Origin: Candidatus Kuenenia stuttgartensis
GTDB lineage: Bacteria; Planctomycetota; Brocadiia; Brocadiales; Brocadiaceae
Assembly: GCF_900232105.1 (NCBI RefSeq)
Contig: NZ_LT934425.1
Coordinates: 2,460,001-2,492,000 of the forward strand
Reading direction: 5' to 3'
DNA length: 32,000 nt
Positions 24,564 to 32,000 of this stretch are shown here, piece by piece. Numbering within the stretch: position 1 is the first letter of the stretch; each line of letters opens with the position of its first letter. A model generated the notes under the pieces. The model worked only from the letters and a program-made list of their open reading frames with translations. It was not told the DNA's origin and made no database searches. A program made the position numbers and the translations under genes.

Positions 24564-25274
24564 ATGGAGGCTATCATCTTGGCAGGTGGTTATGGCACAA
24601 GGCTTCAAAGTGTTATAAAAGATATTCCAAAACCTATGGCGGATATAAACGGCCGCCCATTTCTATCCTATCTAATGGATTATTTATTATGCCAGAATAT
24701 TCGAAAAATCCTGCTTTCTGTTGGATATAAACATGAAATTATTAAAAACTATTTTGGTTTAAGGTATAAAAATTTGGATATCGAATATGTAATAGAAGAT
24801 AAGCCTCTCGGAACTGGCGGCGCTATAAAGGAAGCGTTAAAATGGGTGGAAGGAGATGATGTTGTAGTTTTAAATGGTGATACATTTTTCTACCTTGAAC
24901 TTAAAAAATTAATTGAATTTCATCTTGCACAAGACGCAATTTTAACCATTGCAGTAAAACTTATGCATAATTTTGATAGGTACGGAACGGTGGTATTAAA
25001 AGAAGGCAAAATAATTAATTTCGAAGAAAAAACGTTTAAGGCTGCTGGCTATATAAATGGCGGAGTGTATGTTATTAAAAAAAAGATTTTTGAGTCTTTT
25101 GATATGAAAAAAGATAAATTCTCGTTTGAGATGGATTTTTTGCATAAAAATATAGAGGCAATCAAGCCAGCCGCTTTTTCTAGTGACAGTTATTTTATAG
25201 ACATTGGAATACCCGAAGATTACAAAAAAGCACAAAAAGAAATAGGGCTTATTTTTAAGGAAATAGTCGGATGA
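24564..25274 (+). CDS. hddC: sugar-1-phosphate nucleotidyltransferase, HddC-like (D-glycero-D-manno-heptose-1-P guanylyltransferase family)
   Basis: 236 aa with ILAGGYGTRL...KPM, LGTGGAI and NGDTFF motifs. ATGA overlap with the GHMP kinase gene. Confidence 0.7.
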   Translation: MEAIILAGGYGTRLQSVIKDIPKPMADINGRPFLSYLMDYLLCQNIRKILLSVGYKHEIIKNYFGLRYKNLDIEYVIEDKPLGTGGAIKEALKWVEGDDVVVLNGDTFFYLELKKLIEFHLAQDAILTIAVKLMHNFDRYGTVVLKEGKIINFEEKTFKAAGYINGGVYVIKKKIFESFDMKKDKFSFEMDFLHKNIEAIKPAAFSSDSYFIDIGIPEDYKKAQKEIGLIFKEIVG

Positions 25275-26263
25275 TTATTTCACGAACACCGCACCGGATT
25301 TCATTTTTTGGAGGCGGAACAGATTATCCAGCATGGTATTTGGAAAATGGGGGAAAAGTTTTAGGTGTGGCAATTGATAAATATTGCTATATAACCTGCC
25401 GAAAGCTTCCCCCCTTTTTTAGTCATAAGCACAGAATTGTATATTCTAAAGTGGAAACGGTAAATCAACTGAAGGAAATTCAGCATCCTTCTGTAAGAGA
25501 AACCTTAAAATACCTAAATATCAAAAATGGGTTAGAAATTCATCACGATGGAGATATTCCTGCTCGCTCTGGTATGGGTTCAAGCTCTGCCTTTACCGTA
25601 GGACTTCTTAATACTCTATACGCGCTCGAAGGAAGAGTCGTAACGAAAGAGAGCCTTTATAAAGAAGCAATACACATTGAACAGAATTTAATAAAAGAAA
25701 ATGTGGGATCCCAGGATCAGGCTTGGGCTGCTTGTGGAGGACTGAACATTATTGAATTTCTACAAAATGGAGAGATTTTAGTTAAGCCAATAATAATGCG
25801 AGAAAGTCTTTTGAGAAGTTTTGAAAACAAGTTCATGCTTTTTTTTACATGGTTATCAAGGAATTCTTCAGAAGTAGCAAAAGAGCAGATCGAGAATACG
25901 CAGAAAAACAGGAACGAGTTAACAGAAATGACTGGGATAGTCAATGCGGCGTATAAAATACTTGTTTCAGGGAAAAGTGATTTTGCTGAGTTTGGAAAAC
26001 TTTTAAATGAATCCTGGAGATTAAAAAAACGGCTTTCTACAAAAATCACCAATGGTGAAATAGATGCTATTTATGAAAAAGCGCTTAAAAATGGGGCTGT
26101 TGGTGGTAAATTGCTTGGGGCGGGTAGTGGAGGTTTTATCCTTTTTTATGTAGAACCTGAAAATCAAGCTAGGGTAAAAGAGGCATTAAAAGGATATTTG
26201 CACGTTCCCTTTAAGTTTGATTTTTCGGGATCTGAAATAATGGTGTATCAACCTGGTTTTTAA
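25271..26263 (+). CDS. hddA: GHMP-family sugar kinase, HddA-like (D-glycero-D-manno-heptose-7-P kinase family)
   Basis: 330 aa with RTPHRISFFGGGTDYP, PARSGMGSSSAF, GSQDQAWAACGG and GAGSGGF motifs. Confidence 0.7.
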   Translation: MIISRTPHRISFFGGGTDYPAWYLENGGKVLGVAIDKYCYITCRKLPPFFSHKHRIVYSKVETVNQLKEIQHPSVRETLKYLNIKNGLEIHHDGDIPARSGMGSSSAFTVGLLNTLYALEGRVVTKESLYKEAIHIEQNLIKENVGSQDQAWAACGGLNIIEFLQNGEILVKPIIMRESLLRSFENKFMLFFTWLSRNSSEVAKEQIENTQKNRNELTEMTGIVNAAYKILVSGKSDFAEFGKLLNESWRLKKRLSTKITNGEIDAIYEKALKNGAVGGKLLGAGSGGFILFYVEPENQARVKEALKGYLHVPFKFDFSGSEIMVYQPGF

Positions 26264-26285
26264 GTTAAGAATAAGGAAAAATATA

Positions 26286-27446
26286 ATGAGATACGAACTT
26301 ACCAGTTCAACATGGAGTGAAGAGGAAAAGCAAACCATACGAGAGATTATTGAGTCTGGAATGTATACCATGGGAAGGCATGTAAAGGAGTTTGAAGAGA
26401 AATTTGCAAAATATTTTGGTATGAAATACGCCGTTATGGTAAATTCCGGCTCATCAGCGAATCTTATTGCGGTGGCTTCATTTTTTTATAAAAAAGAAAA
26501 CCCCCTCAAAAGAGGTGATGAAGTAATCGTACCATGTATTTCATGGGCAACTACTTTTCATCCACTTCAACAATACGGCTTAAAACTGAAATTCGTTGAT
26601 ATTGATTTGAACACATTAAATTATGATATAGATGAGCTTAAAAAAGCCTTAACTAAAGATACCAAAATGATAGTTGCGGTAAGTATTTTAGGGAATCCCT
26701 GTCCGTTTGATGAAATAACAAAATTATGTGAAGAAAATAATATCATTCTTTTTGAGGATAATTGCGAATCAATGGGCGCTAAGTTTCATGGTAAGTATAC
26801 AGGGACATTTGGACTCGTGAATACCTTCAGCACGTTCTTTTCACATCATATTTCAACTATGGAAGGGGGGCTTGTTTTAACCAATGATAAAGAAATTTAC
26901 AATCTCCTGAAATCAATCAGAAACCACGGCTGGATAAGGGGGCAGGATGCAGATAGTCCGATTTTCGAGAGGAGAGGGGACGATTTTTTTGAGGCATACA
27001 GATTCATTCTTCCTGGTTATAATGTAAGACCAGGAGAAATCCATGGCGCTGCAGGCAGAAAACAGTTAGATAAATTAGAAAGTTTTGTGAAGACCAGAAG
27101 AGAGAATGCAGGACATTTTGTGCAACTTTTTGGCAATGATGAAAGATTTATAATACAAAAAGAAATTGGAGAAAGTTCGTGGTTCTGTTTTACAATGATT
27201 ATTAATCCAAAACTAAATATTGATAGAAAAAAAGTATTGCAGAAACTAACGGCAGCAAATATCGAACATCGTATCATTACCGGTGGAAACTTTTTAAGGC
27301 ATGATGTAATTAAATATTATGATTACGAGGTCGTAAGTAGAAAAAATGCCGATATAGCCCATGACTACGGATTTTTTGTTGGGAATCATCCTTACGATAT
27401 AAGAGATAAAATACATTATTTGTATAAAACATTGGAACAGATTTAA
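26286..27446 (+). CDS. PLP-dependent sugar 3-dehydratase, ColD-like (GDP-4-keto-6-deoxymannose 3-dehydratase family; DegT/DnrJ/EryC1 fold)
   Basis: 386 aa, colinear with E. coli ColD as I remember it (SSTW...MYTMG..V..FE..FAKYFG.KYAVMV.SGS.ANL, LQQYGLK.KFVDID.NTLN, EDNCESMGA, LPGYNVRP, GESSWF.F). The active-site region is FSTFFSHHISTMEGG, with His where aminotransferases of this fold carry the Schiff-base Lys. Confidence 0.8.
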   Translation: MRYELTSSTWSEEEKQTIREIIESGMYTMGRHVKEFEEKFAKYFGMKYAVMVNSGSSANLIAVASFFYKKENPLKRGDEVIVPCISWATTFHPLQQYGLKLKFVDIDLNTLNYDIDELKKALTKDTKMIVAVSILGNPCPFDEITKLCEENNIILFEDNCESMGAKFHGKYTGTFGLVNTFSTFFSHHISTMEGGLVLTNDKEIYNLLKSIRNHGWIRGQDADSPIFERRGDDFFEAYRFILPGYNVRPGEIHGAAGRKQLDKLESFVKTRRENAGHFVQLFGNDERFIIQKEIGESSWFCFTMIINPKLNIDRKKVLQKLTAANIEHRIITGGNFLRHDVIKYYDYEVVSRKNADIAHDYGFFVGNHPYDIRDKIHYLYKTLEQI

Positions 27447-27460
27447 AGGAGAAATAGTAA

Positions 27461-28399
27461 ATGAGTTACAATATATTAGTTACCGGCGGAGCTGGGTATT
27501 TGGGTTCAGTACTGGTTCCCGAATTGTTAAAATTAGGACACAAAGTAACTGTTTTAGACAATTTTATGTTCGGTCAAAGCCCTTTGCTGGACTGTTGCTC
27601 AAGTGAAAATTTTAATGTGGTAAGAGGAGATGCAAGAGATGAGGATATTCTAAAACTTCTTCTGGAAAAAGCTGATTATATTATACCTTTAGCGGCATTA
27701 GTAGGCGCCCCACTTTGCAGCAGAGACAAAATAGGAACGATAACCACTATTCGAGATGCAGCGGCTTCCCTGGTTAAGCTTGCCTCAAAAGAACAGAGAT
27801 TCATCATACCTACAACGAACAGCGGTTATGGCATTGGACAAAAAGGGGTGTATTGTACTGAAGAAACTCCTTTGAATCCCATTACACTATATGGAAAGGC
27901 TAAGGTAGAAGCGGAAAAGATTGTACTCGATAAAGGAAATTCAATAAGTTTCAGGTTAGCAACGGTATTTGGCACGTCTCCCAGGATGCGACTTGACTTA
28001 TTGGTAAATGATTTTACCTACAGGGCAGTCAAAGATAGATTTGTAGTGATTTTTGAAGGTCATTTTAAACGAAACTACATCCATATTCGGGACGTAGCAA
28101 GGGCATTTATACATGCCGTAAATAATTTTGATACGATGAAAAATGAGCCTTATAACGTAGGCTTGTCGGATGCAAATCTATCAAAACTTGAACTCTGTGC
28201 AAAGATAAAAGAGTATGTTCCGGATTTTGTATATTTAGAGTCGCCGATAGGTGAAGACCCTGATAAAAGAGATTATATTGTATCAAATGAAAAAATTGAA
28301 AAAACAGGATTTAATCCTGTCTATTCGCTTGAAATGGGAATAAAAGAGCTTATTAAAGGATACAAGATTATTACGAATAGTAAGTACTCAAACGTATGA
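27461..28399 (+). CDS. NAD(P)-dependent sugar epimerase/reductase (extended SDR)
   Basis: 312 aa with the Rossmann motif VTGGAGYLGS and the catalytic YGKAK (YxxxK). Confidence 0.75.
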   Translation: MSYNILVTGGAGYLGSVLVPELLKLGHKVTVLDNFMFGQSPLLDCCSSENFNVVRGDARDEDILKLLLEKADYIIPLAALVGAPLCSRDKIGTITTIRDAAASLVKLASKEQRFIIPTTNSGYGIGQKGVYCTEETPLNPITLYGKAKVEAEKIVLDKGNSISFRLATVFGTSPRMRLDLLVNDFTYRAVKDRFVVIFEGHFKRNYIHIRDVARAFIHAVNNFDTMKNEPYNVGLSDANLSKLELCAKIKEYVPDFVYLESPIGEDPDKRDYIVSNEKIEKTGFNPVYSLEMGIKELIKGYKIITNSKYSNV

Positions 28400-28457
28400 A
28401 AATTAGAAAATGAGACACAGTCAATGCGAATTTTGGAAAAGAAAACCTATTTAAGAA

Positions 28458-28820
28458 ATGGGGGTTAGAAAGATGACCATTTTAAAGGCATTAACAGGTA
28501 GTATTGAGAATTTGCCGTCTTTGCGCCTGCATATATTGCTAACAAAGGAGGATGATGTTATAGTTGCGCGGTGTTTGGATTTTTCGGTTTCAAGCCATGG
28601 GAATAGTGAAACTGAGGCGCTTAACTCTTTAAGCGATAGTATAAAGGACTATATTGGCCATGCTATAGAACATGATGCATTAGATGAAATTATCGATCCA
28701 GACGAAGATGAGTTTTGGGAAGCATTTAGAAAATCAGAATTACAGGATGAGTTGCTAAATATCAAGGAGAACATTGATATTTTAAAAACTAAGAAAATAA
28801 ACGAAGTAACCTATGCCTAA
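28458..28820 (+). CDS. HicB-like antitoxin
   Basis: LHILLTKEDDVIVARCLDFSVSSHGNSETEALNSLSDSIKDYI fits the HicB N-terminal fold pattern. It overlaps the next ORF by 8 nt. An alternative start is the ATG at 28473. Confidence 0.5.
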   Translation: MGVRKMTILKALTGSIENLPSLRLHILLTKEDDVIVARCLDFSVSSHGNSETEALNSLSDSIKDYIGHAIEHDALDEIIDPDEDEFWEAFRKSELQDELLNIKENIDILKTKKINEVTYA

Positions 28821-29034
28821 AGCCCTTGAACTAAGAAAGGTTATTGAACTACTAAAAAATTATGGAATTGAATTTGACTCAAAAAGTGGCGGCAGGCATT
28901 CTGGGAAATTTATAAAAATGGGGAAATCTTTTCCCGTTAAGGCGCATGGCATGAAAACAACAATATTGCCGTATGCGTTAAAAGGACTGATAAAGAAATT
29001 TGAACTTCCTTCTGATATCTTTGATAGAAAATAA
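28813..29034 (+). CDS. HicA-like toxin
   Basis: 73 aa: LRKVIELLKNYGIEFDSKSGGRHSGKFIKMGKSFPVKAHG..ILPYALKGLIKKFELP parallels HicA (LIKLLEK.GF...Q.GSH....HP......VP.HG...L..G.L..IL+QAGL). Confidence 0.5.
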   Translation: MPKALELRKVIELLKNYGIEFDSKSGGRHSGKFIKMGKSFPVKAHGMKTTILPYALKGLIKKFELPSDIFDRK

Positions 29035-29036
29035 TT

Positions 29037-29978
29037 ATGAATAAAGATTCAAAAATCTATTTGGCTGGACATACTGGCCTATTAGGCTCTGCGTTACTAA
29101 AAAGATTGAAATCAGAAGGTTATTCAAATATCGTTATGCGAACTCATACTGAGCTTGATTTAACAAGGCAAGAATCTGTTGATGAATTTTTTAAGAATGA
29201 ACAACCGGAGTATGTATTTTTGTGCGCCGGACTGACAGGAGGTATTATTGCAAATAAGACATATCCTGCAACCTTCATGCATACGAATATAGCAATCCAG
29301 GACAATGTTTTTGAAGCAGTTCAAAAATACGGGGTTCAGCACTTAGTGTTTTATGGTTCGTCATGTGTGTATCCAAAAAATTGTCCGCAGCCCATAAAAG
29401 AAGAATATTTATTGACTGGTGAAATAGAAGAAACCAGTGAGGCTTATGCAGCAGCGAAAATTGCAGGCATAATTGCTTGTAAGTCGTATAACAATCAATA
29501 TAAAACAAACCGATTCATTGTCCTGATTCCCAATTCAATGTATGGTCCAAACGATAATTTTGACCTGGAGAATTCCCATGTGCTTTCTGCCTTAATAAGA
29601 AGATTTTATGAGGCAAAGACAGAAGGAAGAAACAGAATAACTCTTTGGGGCAGTGGGAATCCGCGAAGGGAGTTTATGTTTAGTGATGATGTTGCTGATG
29701 CTTCCGTTTTTGCCATGAAAAATGTAGAAAGACTTCAAAATACACATTACAATATAGGAACTGGAATTGATTATTCAATAAAAGAGCTTGCTGAAATTAT
29801 AGCAAAAGTTGTAGGGTTTAAGGGTAAGATTGAATGGGATACAACAAGACCAGATGGTATCCAGAGAAAACTCTTGGATAGTTCAAGGTTTTATAGTCTG
29901 GAATGGAAGCCATTTACTGCGATTAAAGATGGACTGAAAATAACTTATGAGTGGTTTAAAAATATCCAAAAACAGTAA
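29037..29978 (+). CDS. fcl: GDP-4-keto-6-deoxy-sugar 3,5-epimerase/4-reductase, Fcl/ColC-like
   Basis: 313 aa: IYLAGHTGLLGSA, ELDL, GGIIANKTYPATF, GSSCVYPK, YAAAKIAG, NSHVLSALIRRF, WGSGNPRREFMFSDD, RPDG..RKLLD. It is colinear with E. coli Fcl as I remember it. Confidence 0.8.
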   Translation: MNKDSKIYLAGHTGLLGSALLKRLKSEGYSNIVMRTHTELDLTRQESVDEFFKNEQPEYVFLCAGLTGGIIANKTYPATFMHTNIAIQDNVFEAVQKYGVQHLVFYGSSCVYPKNCPQPIKEEYLLTGEIEETSEAYAAAKIAGIIACKSYNNQYKTNRFIVLIPNSMYGPNDNFDLENSHVLSALIRRFYEAKTEGRNRITLWGSGNPRREFMFSDDVADASVFAMKNVERLQNTHYNIGTGIDYSIKELAEIIAKVVGFKGKIEWDTTRPDGIQRKLLDSSRFYSLEWKPFTAIKDGLKITYEWFKNIQKQ

Positions 29979-30819
29979 GGATAATATACCTAAAGAAGAA
30001 TCAAAAAATTTGATCGAATTTTTAAAAAATAAAGCCTTATGGGTGCGTAAAGAGACCTTGAATATTCACAGGATAGCACAGGAAACAAGACTGGCTTCCT
30101 CTTTATCTGCTGTGGAGATATTTGTGGCTTTGTTTTATGGTAGGATTCTAAATTTTGATCCCAAAAATACCCTATGGGGAAATAGGGACAGATTTATTAT
30201 CAGTAAGGGTCATGGTTCAATTTCATTGTATCCGGTACTTGCAGATTTGGGATATTTTGATATGCAGGAATTGAAACGGGTGTGCAAAGAGGGTTCTTTT
30301 CTCGGAGCAATTCCGGATACTATAATCCCCGGATACGAGACAATAAACGGCTCTTTAGGACACGGTCTTGGGGTTGCGTGCGGTATTTCCCTTGCTTTGA
30401 AAAGAAAAAACAAAAGTGAAGAAGTTTTTGTACTTCTTGGTGATGGTGAATTATACGAGGGTTCGGTATGGGAAGCAGTCATGTTTGCAGGGGCGCATAA
30501 ATTGGATAATCTGGTATTAATAATAGATAACAATAAAATTTGTATGCTTGATTATTGTAAAAATATACTGGATTTAGAACCTCTTAGCGAGAAGTTCAAG
30601 ATGTTTAGATGGATGGTTAGAGCAGTTGATGGGCACGACATTAATCAATTATATAAGTCCTTAAAAGAATTAAAAGAGAGTAAAGATAACAAACCAAAAT
30701 TATTGATAGCTAGTACTGTAAAAGGAAAGGGTATACCAAGCCTTGAAAATGACCCCTTGAGTCATATAAAAAACATAAAACCTGACGAAATTGACAAAGC
30801 AATAGAGGAATTAAAATGA
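29947..30819 (+). CDS. transketolase, N-terminal (ThDP-binding) subunit
   Basis: 290 aa with GHGSISLYP, GSLGHGLGVACG and LLGDGELYEGSVWEA (GDG..E ThDP motif). Confidence 0.85.
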   Translation: MSGLKISKNSKDNIPKEESKNLIEFLKNKALWVRKETLNIHRIAQETRLASSLSAVEIFVALFYGRILNFDPKNTLWGNRDRFIISKGHGSISLYPVLADLGYFDMQELKRVCKEGSFLGAIPDTIIPGYETINGSLGHGLGVACGISLALKRKNKSEEVFVLLGDGELYEGSVWEAVMFAGAHKLDNLVLIIDNNKICMLDYCKNILDLEPLSEKFKMFRWMVRAVDGHDINQLYKSLKELKESKDNKPKLLIASTVKGKGIPSLENDPLSHIKNIKPDEIDKAIEELK

Positions 30820-31778
30820 TTACAGAGAGAAAGAGCATGAGGGATGTCTTTATAGAACAGATTTATCATCGTATGTCTGATAACAGCTCAATCTTTTTTC
30901 TCTCTGCTGATTTTGGTTCACCGAAGCTTGATAAACTGAGAGAGGATTTTAGTGACAGATTTATAAATGTTGGTATTGCAGAGCAGAACCTAATAAATGT
31001 CTCGACAGGTTTAGCGTTGGAAGGGTTTACTGTGTATGCCTATGCTATTGCACCATTTTTGATAATGAGGGCTTATGAACAGATAAGAAATAACCTCTCT
31101 CTGCTTTCCCATACTCATAAGGTAAATGTAAACTTGGTGGGAGTTGGCGCAGGCTTGAGCTACGATGTATCAGGACCAACGCACCACAGCCTCGAAGATA
31201 TCAGTATAATAAGAACCTTACCCAACCTAAGCATTTTTTCTCCCAGCGATTGTTTACTCGCAGAGAAGTTTGTGGATTATTCAATAGAACACAAAAGCCC
31301 GAAATATATCAGGTTTGACGGTAAGCCATTGCCGGTTATTTATGGAAACACGAAGAGTTTGGATATACAGATCGGATTTTTTGAACTGACAAAGGGCGAC
31401 AATGTATGTTTGGTTTCAACGGGCTATATGACGCATACAGCCCTGAAGGTAGTTGAGAAATTGACCAAGGAAAATGTTTTTATCGGGCTTGTTGATGTTT
31501 TTCTGATAAAACCGCTTTATGAGGATTTACTTTTTGAGGCACTGAGTAAATATAAATATGTGATAACTCTTGAAGAGGCATTTATAAATAAAGGTGGCCT
31601 GGACAGTCTGGTATCAGGCATTTTAAATAATAAAGAAGCAAGCATTAAATTAAAAAAAATGGGATTTAGCGATAAATATCTTTTTGAGATGGGCGGAAGG
31701 GATTGCATGCACAAGTTAAATGGACTGGATGAAGACAGTATTGTCAAAGATATAAAAGACTTGCTGAGAAAGATATAA
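30816..31778 (+). CDS. transketolase, C-terminal (pyrimidine-binding) subunit
   Basis: 320 aa with FINVGIAEQN and GPTHHSLEDISIIRTLPN. ATGA overlap with the N-terminal subunit gene. Confidence 0.85.
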   Translation: MITERKSMRDVFIEQIYHRMSDNSSIFFLSADFGSPKLDKLREDFSDRFINVGIAEQNLINVSTGLALEGFTVYAYAIAPFLIMRAYEQIRNNLSLLSHTHKVNVNLVGVGAGLSYDVSGPTHHSLEDISIIRTLPNLSIFSPSDCLLAEKFVDYSIEHKSPKYIRFDGKPLPVIYGNTKSLDIQIGFFELTKGDNVCLVSTGYMTHTALKVVEKLTKENVFIGLVDVFLIKPLYEDLLFEALSKYKYVITLEEAFINKGGLDSLVSGILNNKEASIKLKKMGFSDKYLFEMGGRDCMHKLNGLDEDSIVKDIKDLLRKI

Positions 31779-31786
31779 GGCAGAGA

Positions 31787-32000
31787 ATGGATATAGTCTT
31801 AATTAATCCTGGTGACAGGAAGCAGGTTTATCAAAACCTTGGGGAAGACTACGCTGCAATTGAACCTCCGTTCTGGATTGCTGTAATAGGTGCTTATCTT
31901 AGAAATAATGGGTTTGATGTGGCAGTTATTGATGCAAACGCTGAAAATATTTCTCCACAAGAAACTGCAGAAAAAGCAAATAGATTACAACCGTTATTGT
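31787..32000 (+). CDS. B12-binding-domain radical SAM enzyme, N-terminus only (runs off window end)
   Basis: MDIVLINPGD...EPPFWIAVIGAYLRNNGFDVAVIDANAENISPQETAEK is the usual start of class B radical SAM proteins (cobalamin-binding Rossmann domain). The CxxxCxxC region is not yet reached. Confidence 0.45.
   Translation, partial: MDIVLINPGDRKQVYQNLGEDYAAIEPPFWIAVIGAYLRNNGFDVAVIDANAENISPQETAEKANRLQPLL

Noticed and set aside
22952-24730. Plus-strand alternative-frame ORFs overlapping the ABC exporter and hddC-like genes (22952..23170, 24467..24730) and minus-strand ORFs in the glycan cluster
   Set aside because: They overlap well-supported genes with clear motifs, and they have low-complexity or Cys/Trp-rich shadow-frame compositions.

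Overview
AT-rich bacterial window (roughly 40% G+C by eye) with three very different parts. (1) 1-4444 is a tightly packed atypical F-type ('N-type') ATPase operon: epsilon 3' end, small membrane protein, a, c, b, alpha, gamma, with no delta gene. (2) 4.5-22.7 kb is a heavily eroded accessory region. It opens with a visibly more GC-rich two-gene insert (LOG-family protein plus beta-CASP metallo-beta-lactamase). About 16 kb follows, holding roughly ten toxin-antitoxin (TA) modules, about half of them inactivated. The same stretch holds three dead copies plus a 3' fragment of a REP-associated tyrosine transposase (RAYT, IS200-like), each bracketed by short inverted repeats. Two 141-bp MITEs with 9-bp target duplications sit inside those dead copies. 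It also contains frameshifted ISAzo13-type and IS630-type transposases, an Rpn-family nuclease, a four-helix-bundle (23S rRNA IVS / Avd-like) gene bracketed by GACCTCT heptamer arrays, and several other small repeat families. (3) 22.7-32 kb is a same-strand glycan gene cluster. It encodes an ABC exporter, HddC-like and HddA-like heptose activation genes, a ColD-type PLP 3-dehydratase, two SDR enzymes (one Fcl/ColC-like), a split transketolase and the start of a B12-radical SAM enzyme. A HicB/HicA-like pair interrupts it. All protein calls come from reading the translations (motifs and remembered family signatures); no database search was possible. The gene content (N-ATPase, Rhodopirellula-type transposase) would fit a planctomycete or anammox-like genome, but that is only a guess.
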